NCBI GenBank assembly: GCA_963749495.1 | Contig: CAVVMW010000004.1 | Span: forward strand, 576,001 to 640,000 | Direction: 5' to 3' | Source of the DNA: an uncultured bacterium | GTDB lineage: Bacteria > Verrucomicrobiota > Verrucomicrobiia > Limisphaerales > UBA8199 | Length of the DNA: 64,000 nt | In this document: positions 12,070 through 23,235 of the stretch, one piece after another | Layout: the number at the start of each line of letters is the position of its first letter | Numbering within the stretch: the stretch's first letter is position 1 | Notes under the pieces: model-generated | Told to the model about the DNA's origin: nothing | The model's database searches: none | The model's input: only the letters and a program-made list of their open reading frames with translations | Program-made: the position numbers and the translations under genes

Positions 12070-12782
12070 GTGTGCCGATCCAAAACCTCGCCCAATGGCT
12101 GGACGTTTCGACCGAACATCTTTCTGCACCAGCCAAGCAGCGGATAAAACTGGAGATCGAATCCCATTTTCAAGAAGCGGTGGGAGCGTATCGGAATGAG
12201 GGGCAGACGGAGTCCCAGGCACGGGCCCGAGCATTAACGGATCTTGGTGACGCAAAGACGGCCTGGAAGCATTTTCGTAAGAGCCATTTAACGGAAAAGG
12301 AGGCCAAGCATCTTGGGAAAGAGTGGGGCGGCTACCGGAAAGGGAAAGGCGGCTCATGGCTGCTGGGGTTGCATTTTGAACTCTTGCTGCTGTGGTTGAT
12401 TTTTGGGTATGAATTGCTGTGCGTGCGGGCGGTGGACGAACAGGGCAGGGATTTCTATGGACTGCACTATGGACTGCAGCGTGGCCGCCTTATTTTCCCG
12501 GCGATCCTGGCCATAGTGGTCCTGCTTCTCACGACGGTTGAGAATTGGATCGCACGGCATATGCGCAAACCGTCGTCCATTCGACATCTTTACACATTGG
12601 ATATCCTAATCTCGCTCAACATATTAGTTTTCTTTGCCTTCTACGGTGGACGGGTGTATTGGGGCATCTTAGGAATACAGCTCGGCCACCAATTGGCTCA
12701 CATGATTCCCTTGTGGTTCAAGATTGCCCGGATGGACGACATCGGTTGCGAGATGCTACCGCCCGGCGCTGCCGAGTCATGA
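12066..12782 (+). CDS. PadR-associated membrane protein (permease-prefix-like N-terminus)
   Basis: EIESHFQEA...ARALTDLGD followed by TM helices; ATGA coupling with padR. Confidence 0.7.
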   Translation: MSVPIQNLAQWLDVSTEHLSAPAKQRIKLEIESHFQEAVGAYRNEGQTESQARARALTDLGDAKTAWKHFRKSHLTEKEAKHLGKEWGGYRKGKGGSWLLGLHFELLLLWLIFGYELLCVRAVDEQGRDFYGLHYGLQRGRLIFPAILAIVVLLLTTVENWIARHMRKPSSIRHLYTLDILISLNILVFFAFYGGRVYWGILGIQLGHQLAHMIPLWFKIARMDDIGCEMLPPGAAES

Positions 12783-12805
12783 TTTGACTTGAGGGTTGTC
12801 AATTT

Positions 12806-13537
12806 TCATCTTGTGGGCTCGCAAAGCGAAACGGACGCCTGAGAGGTTGGGAAAGCTCTCACAGCGTTTCGACTTGCTGTCATTGCTGAGCATCTCTTTG
12901 CACTTTCACCCCATTTTTTTCTCGGAAAGTGGAAAGGGCACCGAGTAGATAGCGGAAAGAGGTCAATTCGCCTGCAACCTCGTGTGGGCGATGCTCCCCT
13001 GCCAGCCGCGGCGTGCCCAGCCGGCGGATACTCCAGGCCGAACTGGGGCCAGTCGGGTGGGATAGGGAGCTCGGCCAGCTCGACCAGGGCGAAGCCAGAT
13101 TGGCGCATGTCCTGCTGGCGGCTCCGGACGAACCACGCGCCGACCAGCGAGACGAACACGATGTTGTCGGCCGCCTGCATGGCTTTCTGCAGGAACGCGC
13201 GGAACTGCGAATACGGGGGGTTGGAGACGATCCAGTCCCAGCGCCCCTTGGCGGCCAGGAAGTCCCGGCCGGCGGCGAGGTTGCACCAGTCGCAACCGGG
13301 GATGGCCTTGACGAACGCGCCGCCTCCCCTGCACGGCTCGAGCACCCTCCCGGAGGGCAGGAAGTGGGCCACGATGGCCCTCGCCAGCTCGGGGGGCGTC
13401 TGGACGTCGTCGTTGCCGCCGTTGGGCAACAGCGGGTTACCGTTGACGCCAAGCTCGATGGCCGCCTGCCGGATCAGCCGCGCCATCTCCGGGTCGGTGG
13501 CTGTCAGATGCGTCTGGGCAACGTGGAGATTGAGCAC
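12806..13537 (-). CDS. Small N6-adenine DNA methyltransferase-like protein, probably frameshifted near C-terminus
   Basis: VQTPPELA, VLEPCRGGGAF, IVSNPPYS motifs. Confidence 0.65.
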   Translation of the reverse strand: MLNLHVAQTHLTATDPEMARLIRQAAIELGVNGNPLLPNGGNDDVQTPPELARAIVAHFLPSGRVLEPCRGGGAFVKAIPGCDWCNLAAGRDFLAAKGRWDWIVSNPPYSQFRAFLQKAMQAADNIVFVSLVGAWFVRSRQQDMRQSGFALVELAELPIPPDWPQFGLEYPPAGHAAAGRGASPTRGCRRIDLFPLSTRCPFHFPRKKWGESAKRCSAMTASRNAVRAFPTSQASVSLCEPTR

Positions 13538-14037
13538 GGGCTAGCGATGGGCTTCGTCCTGGGTGCGCAGGGTGATGTGTTTGCGGCTGACGGTGTCTTC
13601 GTCTTCGTTATAGGTGGCGATGGAGGAACGCCCGGCCCGAACCTGATTTTTAAGGGCACATAAAACTCCTCGTCTCGGTCGCCGTCGCAGTCGGCTGCCT
13701 TGTGGGTCGCGGTGGTTATTCCTTTGGCTATGATGCCAGTGCCATTGTGATACAGATAGACCGTGGACCTTTTGGGAATTTTCGTGACGGCCTGTTTCCG
13801 GTGGTAATAAGCGGATGCCTTGGAAGCAGAGAGCATCTCGCGCCAAGCATTCTCCATAGCATAAGCGTTCGTGTTCACGCGGTAGTAGTCCATATACTTG
13901 AGCCTTTTTCGTGAGTGTTGGGTTCGCCATTAGTGAAGGTTTCGTTGGGAGATTATCTCTTGCCTCAACTTTGGCAAGCCCACTCGCACAACTTCTGGAT
14001 TGGAATCGGCCATGTTCAGATCTATGCTCGGCAGGAA

Positions 14038-14511
14038 ATGGGACTGGACGGCATGAACTTGGTGTCGGGCGGGCAGACCGGCGCAGACCGCGCCGCGCTC
14101 GATTTCTCCATCGAGCGCGGCATCCCGCACGGCGGCTGGTGCCCGCGAGGGCGCAAGGCCGAGGACGGCCCCATCGACGCACGATACCACCTGAAGGAGA
14201 CGCCAAGCAGCAGCTTCGTCCAGCGGACTGAGTGGAACGTCCGCGACAGCGACGGCACCGTGGTCCTCTCCATCGCGCCTATTCTGGCGGGCGGGTCCGA
14301 GAAGACCCTCGTATTTGCGCATAAGCACGGCAAGCCGGTCCTCCACCTGGCGCGGGACGGTGGCCCAGAAGCGCCGGAGCAGGCGCTGCGCCGTTTCATC
14401 CAGGACCACGGCATCAAGGTGCTGAACGTGGCCGGGCCGCGAGCCTCCGAAGAGCCGGAGGTCGCCGCGTTCGTGAAGGAGGTCTTAGATAAACTTCGGG
14501 CAGCCCCATGA
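14038..14511 (+). CDS. Putative molybdenum carrier / circularly permuted YpsA SLOG protein
   Basis: SGGQTGADRAALD, GGWCPRGR, RTEWNVRDSDGT, LNVAGPRAS. Confidence 0.88.
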   Translation: MGLDGMNLVSGGQTGADRAALDFSIERGIPHGGWCPRGRKAEDGPIDARYHLKETPSSSFVQRTEWNVRDSDGTVVLSIAPILAGGSEKTLVFAHKHGKPVLHLARDGGPEAPEQALRRFIQDHGIKVLNVAGPRASEEPEVAAFVKEVLDKLRAAP

Positions 14512-14867
14512 ATCACCAACCCACGCTTGAGACTGAACGCCTCCTGCTGCGGCCAATAACGCCGGATGATGCGGCTACCGTAGCCAGGTTAGCGGGCAGC
14601 CGCCAGATTGCCCACACGACCATCTCCATCCCCCACCCCTATTCCGAAGAACAGGCTCGGGCATGGATAGCCGCCCACACGAGCCAGTCCAGCACCGGCA
14701 AGGAAATTGTGTTTGGCGTTGCAACCAAGGAGGACGTTCAGCTAATCGGGGCTGTGGGCCTGCGCGAAATCGATGCCGAACATAAAGCGATAAATCCCGG
14801 GGGTCTGGGGCGCAACGCTCCACAGACGCACTGCAACAGAGGGTTTGCGATGGCCGGGGCGGGTTAA
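14508..14867 (+). pseudogene. RimJ/RimL-type GNAT acetyltransferase, truncated
   Basis: PTLETERLLLRP..IPHPY..LIGAVGL; similarity lost after about 14785. Confidence 0.65.
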
Positions 14868-15902
14868 CGCGCACGGGAGATGTTGCGTTCCGGGCCAAAG
14901 CCGGGGCGCCATTCGCTGGGCATAAACGCTGTCCGGAGGCAGGCCCCATCAAGTGCCTCCAGGGGGCTGTGAACGCTCAAACTCTCGGCATGCAGGTAGC
15001 CCATGGTGGTTTCCAAGGACTTATGTCCCATGGCTTCCTGAATGGCGCGCGCGTTGGTGCCCCGGTCCAGACAATGCGTAGCATAGGCGTGGCGCAGCTC
15101 ATGGGGAAGGACCGAGAGGCCCGAACCTGCGCCGGGCGTGCTTGACGGCGCGCTGGACGTTGACTTCGTGCATCCGATAGCGGACCAGTCCTGGGGCACG
15201 AGGGTCACGGCAGGGCTGGTGGGCGGGGAAAAGCCAGGCCCAGCCCCAACTGAAACGGCATTCGGGATACTTGCGTGCCAGTTGGTGTGGCAGCATCAAC
15301 GGGGTGCCGTCCTGCCGGTCGCGCTCCCAGACCGTCCGGGCGACCTGCATCTGTTGGACCAATTCGGGCACCAGCGAGGAGGGCAGGGCGACCACGCGGT
15401 CGTTTCCGCCCTTGGCGCCACGGATGGTCAGCCGCCTCCGTTCGAGGTCCACATCCTTGATGCGTAGGTTGAGGGGTTCGGACACGCGCAAGCCGCAGCC
15501 GTAGAGCAGGCGGGCGATGAGATTGGTCGGATAGCCGCCTTCGTTGCGGATGGCGCGCAGGAGGGCGTGGGTCTCAGTGACCGTCGGGGCGTGGCGTTCA
15601 TGGACGGGGCGTTTGGCGCGCAAGGCGCTGACGCACCCGAGCGGCTGAGCGAGAACCTCGCGGTAGAAGAAGAGGATGGCGTTGAAGGCCTGGTTTTGAG
15701 TGCTGGCGGCCACGTTGTGCCGGGAAGCCAGCTCGGTGAGGAAGCGTTCGAGCTTGGCTTCGCTGGAGAGGCCCCCGGGCATGGTGGGGAGCGCGGCCAT
15801 ATAGCGGCGGAGCCAGAAGACGTAGCACTCTTCGGTGGAGAGGGCTTTGTGCTGGCGGCGGAGGACCTCGCGGAGTCGCTCGATTGCGATGGTCGAGTTC
15901 AT
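14864..15902 (-). CDS. intI: Integron integrase (tyrosine recombinase), frameshift near 15120
   Basis: LYGCGLR; integron-specific LARKYP..W.W..FPA insert; HELRHAYATH, MGHKSLETTMGY in the second frame. Confidence 0.85.
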
Positions 15903-16156
15903 TTTTGGTTCGAGTCTAGACCAATGGGTGGGACAACCGCTGTCCATGGGAAAAAATTGCCGAGCAAAGTTTTTTGCGCTTGCAATATACGAACTGGAAA
16001 CGGTATCTTCGCAAATGGAGTTGCTAGAGTGAACAACTTACGCAAAACAAGCGGCCGAATCTCCGGCCAGCACCGCGACTGGCGGTCGCAGAAAAAGAGT
16101 TATGACACTCATAGGCTGCCGCAACGCAGCCTGGCAAGACCGGGAGGAGGATCAGG

Positions 16157-16975
16157 ATGAGAGAGTACGAGGTTGTCGATACCAATGCGGACAACATCGG
16201 CGCATGCAGTTTGTGCGGCAACAAGGCCGGCAAGAACGAGGGACATCGTCGCAAGTCTGATTGGCTCAAGAAGCGCTACGCGGAAGGCCTGAGGTTCAAG
16301 GTGCTCCGCTCACGCGAATTCGGTGATATCGGGATGATCGAGTATGCCCTTGGCAGTCATGCGTGGAGACCCGTCGAGGCGGAGGGTTACCTTGTCATCC
16401 ATTGCTTGATGGTCAATGGCAAGCACAAGGGGAAAGGACTCGGCGCTGTCCTGCTGGAAGATTGTCTGAGGGACGCGAGGAAAAGCAAGTGCCGAGGGGT
16501 CGCAGTTGTCACAAGTTCAGATAGTTTCATGGCAGGAAGCGGTTTGTTCATCAAGGCGGGTTTTGTCTCGGTGGAGAGCAACCCTCCGTACGAGCTGCTC
16601 GTCAAGAAATTCAAGGCAACAGCGCCTGATCCTCGTTTCATCGTCGACAGGGAGCGAGTATTGAAGAGACACACGAAGGGCCTCACGATCCTGGCTGCCG
16701 ATCAGTGCCCTTATGTCGCCAAGTCGGTGGAGAGGATTTCGCAGGCGGCCCGAGCCCTGGGGCTGAAGCCGAAAGTGGTTCGAATCAGGAGCGCCAAGGC
16801 ATCAAGGGAGCTTCCGACGCCCTATGGCGTGTTCAGCATTATCTACGATGGAAGGCTGATTGTGGAGCGTCCGGTCAGCGCAACGAGATTCACGAACATC
16901 ATGCTCAAGCGGGGGCCACAAAGGGGTATGCCGATTGGCGTCCGGTCGGCGCAAGGAGATTCACGAACATCATGA
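16157..16975 (+). CDS. GNAT acetyltransferase with YoaP-like C-terminus (cassette 1)
   Basis: GMIEY, IHCL, KGKGLG, QCPY, PTPYGVFSIIYDG. Confidence 0.8.
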   Translation: MREYEVVDTNADNIGACSLCGNKAGKNEGHRRKSDWLKKRYAEGLRFKVLRSREFGDIGMIEYALGSHAWRPVEAEGYLVIHCLMVNGKHKGKGLGAVLLEDCLRDARKSKCRGVAVVTSSDSFMAGSGLFIKAGFVSVESNPPYELLVKKFKATAPDPRFIVDRERVLKRHTKGLTILAADQCPYVAKSVERISQAARALGLKPKVVRIRSAKASRELPTPYGVFSIIYDGRLIVERPVSATRFTNIMLKRGPQRGMPIGVRSAQGDSRTS

Positions 16976-17026
16976 GTAAGCTGACATAAGGACTACATGG
17001 ACATCGAGATGCTCGGATGACTTCTG

Positions 17027-17090
17027 CCATAACAAGCCAGTGCATCGGATCCCTCGACAGGCTCGGGACCGGTGACCGGCGACGTTGGGC
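17027..17090 (+). other. attC site
   Basis: CCATAAC ... imperfect palindrome ... GTTGGGC, between two same-strand ORFs next to intI. Confidence 0.75.
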
Positions 17091-17101
17091 CGCGTAGCGT
17101 T

Positions 17102-17878
17102 ATGAAGTGGGTTCTACTGGTCGCCAGCGCAGTGGCATTAGCAAGATGCGGCACACTGCATGCGGTGCCGCCGTTCAACGTCTATGATGGCTTTGAGACG
17201 GCCAGCTTGAGCAATATTTGGAGCAATGACCGATTTGAGGCGGGAGCGGTGGAAATTCAGACGAACCTTGTCCGCGCGGGCCACAGTGCGCTGAAGGTCA
17301 CTGTCCATTCACGCGACAAGTTTGAGGCCGGCAGCCCCAACACCAGCGGCAGTGAGCGCGCAGAATTGCTTGAGGCCAGGAAACTGTTTTCGCAGGAAGG
17401 CAAGAGTTACGAGTATTCTTTCAGCATGTTTTTCCCGACGAATTTTCCCATCGAACCGACGCGATTGGTCATCGCGCAATGGAAGCAACTGTGTCCGCAC
17501 GGCGGCAACTGTTCCGATGACAGTCCGGTGCTGGCAGTGCGCTATATTTCCGGCGAGTTAAGAATCACTCAGAATATCAACAGTCCACACGAAAAACGCC
17601 TTTACACGGAGGCGGGCGAATTAAGGGGTCGATGGCTGGACTTTAGAATTCAAGCGCGCTTTGCGACGAATGACACCGGACGCGTTACGGTCTGGCTTGG
17701 CGGCAAGCAACTTGTGGACTTCAGGGGTGTCACGGCCAATTCCGAAACCCTAATGACTGGATACGAGCATCCAAGCCGCTTCTATTTTAAGATGGGGCTT
17801 TACCGCAATTCCGTCCCTGAGCCCTGGACGAGTTATATTGACGAGTATCACAAGAAGGAGTTGCCTGACATGCCATGA
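17102..17878 (+). CDS. Secreted polysaccharide-lyase-like protein (cassette 2)
   Basis: Signal peptide, ERAEL, VIAQWK, YFKMGLYR motifs. Confidence 0.75.
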   Translation: MKWVLLVASAVALARCGTLHAVPPFNVYDGFETASLSNIWSNDRFEAGAVEIQTNLVRAGHSALKVTVHSRDKFEAGSPNTSGSERAELLEARKLFSQEGKSYEYSFSMFFPTNFPIEPTRLVIAQWKQLCPHGGNCSDDSPVLAVRYISGELRITQNINSPHEKRLYTEAGELRGRWLDFRIQARFATNDTGRVTVWLGGKQLVDFRGVTANSETLMTGYEHPSRFYFKMGLYRNSVPEPWTSYIDEYHKKELPDMP

Positions 17879-17906
17879 TTGCCCCCTGCAAGGTTCTAGC
17901 CGCGCG

Positions 17907-17996
17907 GCCCAACCCCTTGCTGCTGGCGACTCCGGTTTACGCCACGCCCTCAATTCTGAGCCGTTGGCCCGGAGCGCCAGAGCCGGATCGTTAACT
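17907..17996 (+). other. attC site (probable)
   Basis: GCCCAAC ... CTGGCGACTCCGG / CCGGAGCGCCAG ... CGTTAAC. Confidence 0.65.
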
Positions 17997-18382
17997 TGCA
18001 TGAGCGTCCGTAATAAACAACGCCGAGATCGCCGACATTCAGCGTTCCGTCTTGCTTGCATCCGGAAACGCCACCGGCATTGCTGAGACCCTTACCCAGT
18101 GAATCAACAGGTTCCATTCATCGCTGCGCCGCGAAATGTTTCATGTTGCCGGACCGTAGAGGTAATCACGGGCAAGTTGTGCCGACTCGGGCTCTTCACA
18201 CGGGGAGGGAGACTACTTGACGTCGGCTGTCCGCGTCCTCGCGCCGTTCCATTCGCAGGGGGCCGCCGAGCGGCGGGACGAGCCTTCGAGCCATAGCTCG
18301 CGGCCCCGCCGGTCGCTACGCGTAACGGACTCGCCTGGCCCCCTGTGAATAGGCGCGCCCCAAGGCACCGTTTCCCGTTTCC

Positions 18383-19297
18383 TTGAACTGGGAGGGCCTG
18401 ATGCAACTGGCCCAGAAGCACGCCGTCCGGTTCCTGCACGTCATGTCCTGCACCAATGCCCACGCGCCGCTCGACATGGGGCTGTGGGAAGGCGTGCCAT
18501 TGCGCGAAGTCATCTGGCTGGCCCGGCCCACCGCCAACGTCCGGCGTGTCTTCTACTACGGTTACCATAACGACAACCTCCAGCAGCGGTTCCAAAGCTC
18601 GCTGGCGATTGACCGCGTTTTGGAAGACCCGCCAGGCGAGTTGCCGGTGATCCTGGCCTACAAACTCAACGGCCAGTGGCTGTCGCCTAAGCGCGGCGGG
18701 CCGGTGCGGCTGTTCGTGCCCGACGCCTACGGAAACAAGTCGGTCAAATGGCTCCAGCGCGTCGTTTTGACGAACAACATGCACCTCAACGACACCTACG
18801 CCGGGTGGAACAACGACACTGAGAGCCACCTCAAGACCTGCGCGTTCTTCCTTGGGACTCCCGGCGCGGCCAAAGCCGGGGAAGCGGTGCCCATCACCGG
18901 CCTGGCCCAGGTCGGCATGTCCGGGTTGAGGAAGGTGCAATGCTGTCTCGTCCCTCAAGGCGTGCCGACGCTCACGGACACCGACCGTCTCGCCGGAGCG
19001 GACTGGCGCGACGCGGAGATCCTGCCGCCGCCGGTTCGCTGGGGCGGCGGATTGCCCGAGGGCAGGCTGCCTGCCAACACGTTCGGGATCGACCCCGCCA
19101 CGGGCGATCCGCGAACCTGGCCGCTACGCAACACTATCGTCCATTGGGCCGCGTTGCTGACCGACCTCCAGCCAGGGAAATATGATCTGTGCTGCCGCAC
19201 CATCGATGCCAATGGTCTGGCCCAACCAATGCCCCGGCCCTTGCTCAAATCCGGCTACAACGCCATTCAGAAGAAACCGTTGGCGGTGGAGGCGTGA
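18383..19297 (+). CDS. Molybdopterin-dependent oxidoreductase (sulfite oxidase family), N-terminally truncated
   Basis: WEGVPLR, LAYKLNG..L..KRGGPVRL.VP..YGNKSVKWL. Confidence 0.75.
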   Translation: MNWEGLMQLAQKHAVRFLHVMSCTNAHAPLDMGLWEGVPLREVIWLARPTANVRRVFYYGYHNDNLQQRFQSSLAIDRVLEDPPGELPVILAYKLNGQWLSPKRGGPVRLFVPDAYGNKSVKWLQRVVLTNNMHLNDTYAGWNNDTESHLKTCAFFLGTPGAAKAGEAVPITGLAQVGMSGLRKVQCCLVPQGVPTLTDTDRLAGADWRDAEILPPPVRWGGGLPEGRLPANTFGIDPATGDPRTWPLRNTIVHWAALLTDLQPGKYDLCCRTIDANGLAQPMPRPLLKSGYNAIQKKPLAVEA

Positions 19298-19418
19298 TGA
19301 GAGCCTGCGCCCAGTCGCGGCAGCAGCGCCGTCGCCTTGCCTGGGTAGAAACCAGTGCGGCACCGGGGATGAAAACCTGGGGATCTCGGCAGCTAGTCGT
19401 AAACGGACCCCAAATTGA

Positions 19419-19766
19419 TTAAGCCGCCTGTTCCCGTTCCGGCTCCTCGCTTTCCGGCTCTGAGGTCAATTCGTCTGCGAACGAGGATTGCAGCGCGGGG
19501 ATTCCGAGCCTTCGACCCGACCCACCTGCCTCCACCTCCTGTTGCCCCCGCAACGAGAAACGCGCCCAGGGAATGGCCTGTAGTCGCGCCTCCTCGATGG
19601 GTTCCCCGGTCACTTCGCAAATCCCGTAGGTGCCGCACTCGATGCGCCGAATGGCCTCAAGCACCTCAAAAACTGTCTCCTGTGTCGCACCCGCTGCCAC
19701 AAAGGCCAGCGTGCGCTGAGTCTCCTCCGTGGCGGATTCACCTCGTTTTCGGCTCACCGCTGACAA
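19419..19766 (-). CDS. TraR/DksA family protein (possibly partial)
   Basis: AIRRIECGTYGICEVTGEPIEEARLQAIPWARFS. Confidence 0.75.
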   Translation of the reverse strand: MSAVSRKRGESATEETQRTLAFVAAGATQETVFEVLEAIRRIECGTYGICEVTGEPIEEARLQAIPWARFSLRGQQEVEAGGSGRRLGIPALQSSFADELTSEPESEEPEREQAA

Positions 19767-19772
19767 AGCCCC

Positions 19773-20057
19773 TCATGCTGACTTTCCTCGGGTTTCCAGT
19801 TGCTTGATGGCGGCCAAATACTCCAATCGCATCCTGGTCAGGAGCGACGTGGCAAGAACAACGAGTCCTCCGACGAGACAACCAATGAAAATCCGACGGC
19901 TGCCCATTATCACCTCCGGAGCGACAACCCATGAGGCCCCAGTCAAAGCGACGAGAGCAACATACAGCGACGAGAACCAGAGGCGTGCGAAAAGTTTGGC
20001 ACCACGGACTCCGTATCTCCGAACCAACGGCGTATCTGAGATGTCCATTTTTTCCAC
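19773..20057 (-). CDS. Small membrane protein
   Basis: Two TM segments. Confidence 0.35.
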   Translation of the reverse strand: MEKMDISDTPLVRRYGVRGAKLFARLWFSSLYVALVALTGASWVVAPEVIMGSRRIFIGCLVGGLVVLATSLLTRMRLEYLAAIKQLETRGKSA

Positions 20058-20143
20058 AAACTGATAATTTGGTTTTTTGCCGCGCCGGCGGTTTTGACGC
20101 TACGCGGGTGACGCTTCCTCTTGCCAGGCGGTATCCGGCTTCT

Positions 20144-22894
20144 TCATTGGTTCTCTCGGACTTTCGGGCCGGCGCCATCCTGCCCGGCGGCGCTGGCGGC
20201 CTCTGCGCAGCCCTCGCGGTAGAGTGCCTGGATTTCCCGCGCGCTCAGGCTGCTATTGTAAAGGCGCACATCGGCAATCCAACCGTTGAATTGGCGTCCG
20301 GGTCGGATCGGGTTTTCCCCAATCAGGACCGGGGCCTCGTTCCGGGCCATCTCGCCCATGACGGCAACGGAGTCCTCGAGTTTGCCGTCCATGTATAGCG
20401 CGAGACCCCGGCCGGTGTAGAGGCCCACGAAGTGGTGCCACCGGCCGTCATTGGCGCTCCGTTTCGAGGTCACACATCCCCAGGCCTGGCCGGGGGAGGC
20501 GACGGGAGCCAGTCCATCGATCGTAAAACTGACGACACTCGTCTCGAAGGACCGTTCCAGACGCCAGGCGCCCGCGGCAGGCCGCAAGCTGCTGCCTTTG
20601 GCCACGATGGTCTGGGAACGCCGATCGAACTGGCGGACCTTGACCCAAGCTGCAACGGCCATAGCGTCGTGGAACCCAAAGCGAACGTCGTTGCCGCAGT
20701 CGATGAAGTTCCGCGCGCCGTCAAATTCGAGCGCCCGGCCCAACGGCCCCGGCACCGGCGTCCAATGCGGCGGGCCGTTGACCTTGCCGGCGCAGCCGTG
20801 CCCGCTGGCGTCGCGAGCCAGCGATCCTTCGCCTTCATCCAGCTTCCACCAGCCCGCCAGTCCCGCTGTTTCGAAGCACGCCACCCGCCCGGCAACGATC
20901 CGCCCATCCCCCTGCACCTCGTCAACGCGCCAGAAGCAGGCAGCCATGGGCTTTAAGGGCGGGGCCTCGAAGCGAGTCTGGTCGGTGGCACCGAGCAACG
21001 TCAGCGCGGCGGGATCGGCTCCGGCATAGACGCGATGCTCCTTCGCGCCGTCGCCCGGCGCCCAGCGCAAGACCGCGTTACTCGCAGCCACGCCGAGGGC
21101 GCCGTCCTCGGGCTGAATCGGCCCGGCTTGGGGACCGGTGGCTTGGTGGAAAACGACTTCGCTCAAGCCCACCTTGCCGCTCGTTCCCCACGGAACGACC
21201 TTCTCGATCCGGACTTTTGCAGCCGTGACGCCGTTGAGCTTCAGGATGGCCGGTTCGTCGTAATCACCGGTGCCTTCCGCCTCCGCGATTTCCGCTCCGC
21301 GCAAGACGGTCTGCCAGGTCTTGCCGTCGGCCGACACGACCACGTCGGCCTTCCGAATGCCGTTGGTCGTCTGCCATTCGGCGTTGTAATTCCAGAGTTC
21401 GATGGCGGCCAGGGGCACGGCTTCGGGAAAATCGAATTCGAGGCAAAGGCCGGAACTCCAGGCGCCGAGCCACATGCCTGCAGGATCAACGCTATGCTCC
21501 AGCAGGCCGTCCTGGTCCGTGTCGCCCAACCCGGCGCCATTGACAATGGCCGGCAGCGCGGTCTCATCGGCCGCGGGACTGAGATGCACGGCCTGGACGC
21601 GCACTTTCGGCCCCAGGACCGGCGCCTTTCGCGCGCGGGGTTTGAGCGTCAGCGGACGAGTCAACAACTGGAACGGGCCAACCCGTTCGACGGTTGCGAG
21701 GATCGGACGCTGCGCCTTCTTTGGCTCTCGCCATGAGAGCGAACAAACGCCGCCTCAGCCAAACTCGAAAGTGTTGGTGGCACGAAATGATCCGTCCAGG
21801 CTGGTCAGCAATAGACGCGGCCCGTGTATTTGCTGGTTGGGGGTCTGAAAGGTAATCGATTCGTCGAGCCGGCCCCGGAACTGAAGGCTGAACGCAACCT
21901 CGTTCGTCAGGTCCCTGGCCCCGAGGGTGCCGAGGACGGGTTCCCCGATCTCCAAGAGCGCCGGCTTATTGGTGGCCACCGTGAAGCTGGCCGCCTCGCC
22001 GAAACCGTCACCGGAAAGGGTCCAGGAAGCTCCTTTATCATCCTTCCTTTCGATGGTCCAGCCGTCGAGCCGATACTCACCGGCGGGGAGCATGGCCTGG
22101 CCTTTCGCCGGCTTTCGGAGGAAATGGCCATTCAGACCCGCGGCCGTGAATTCGCTAATCGTTTCCGGCACCCGCACCTGGCCAAAGGCAACGCCCTCGG
22201 CCTTCTGCAGCTTGACAAACGCGCCCTCGCGGGCGACCTCGATGCGGAACAGTTGGCCGTCCACTTCCAACAGGTGGCCCAGGTATCGCTCCTCGGCCTT
22301 TTCCCCATGCATCACCACGCAATCGCAGTCCGCTGGGTTGGCGGACTGGTCGTTGAAGGCGCCGTTGACGTTGCCGTCGATAAGTTCTACGCTCCGTTTC
22401 TGGCTGCCGATCTGCACCATCCCCTCGTACCAACCGCAGGATTGAACCACCAATTGCCGGTCGCTGGCGTTGAACTGGTAGAGGGAAAAACCCAGGTGAT
22501 ACGTGATTGGCCCCTCCTCGCCCTTGAAGAGGACGCGCACCGGATCGAAAGCAACCATATTCCCGCCGCGTGCCCGGGCGTTCACTGGCGCTTCAGCGTC
22601 CAGGCGTCCGGTGCCTTTGGTGTCGAAGAAAAGCCGGTCGTAGAGACCGGACTGGCGCGTGCGGTCCAGGCAGAGCCAGCGGCCGCCTGAGGGATCCATC
22701 GGCGTGGTCCACCGCGCGAAGAGCGGCGGGGCGTTGAGTTTAGGCAAGGCGACACCCGGCGGGGCGTCGGTGGTGAGTTCGAGCAAGCGGGATCCGCGGC
22801 CTTCCGCGCCGTGGTGGTATTGAAGCCACTGCTCGGTTTGAGCGGACGCCGTGGCGGCGAAGAGCAGGCCGGACAACAGCATCGACCGGCGCAT
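20144..22894 (-). CDS. Secreted F5/8-like + LamG protein with in-frame TGA at 21755-21757 (candidate selenoprotein)
   Basis: ORFs 21755-22960 and 20144-21667 share a frame; reads TFEFG*GGVCSLSWREP with no other stop; signal peptide from ATG 22894. Confidence 0.7.
21712..21750 (-). promoter_or_regulatory. SECIS-like hairpin just downstream of the TGA
   Basis: GCTCTC-ATGGC-GAGAGC with a lower stem GCGTTT/AGGCGC; loop begins 20 nt after TGA. Confidence 0.55.
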
Positions 22895-23235
22895 CCGAGT
22901 CAGAAGCTCCGGGAGCGAGAGGACCTTCCCACCGCAGACGGCATGAGATAGTGCGTTCACAACCGGCCTTTCGTTTGATTGCCCCCATTACAGCGCATTT
23001 GCGCGCTCCTGTCAATCATTGGTTTGGCTCTTTTCGGGCCAGTCCACCAGCCGGAACAACTCCAGGATGTCCGCCTTCTCCAAGCCAATCTCATACAACC
23101 GCCGCGACTGTGACTGCCAGGCCTATGTGCCACGTCCTGGCGAGTAATTAGCGCGCCCAGGCAAACTTCGAACGGAACAGGGCCACTCCTGGTCCTTGTT
23201 CGTGGCTGAGCCGCCGCAAAGGCTGGACCAGCGCC

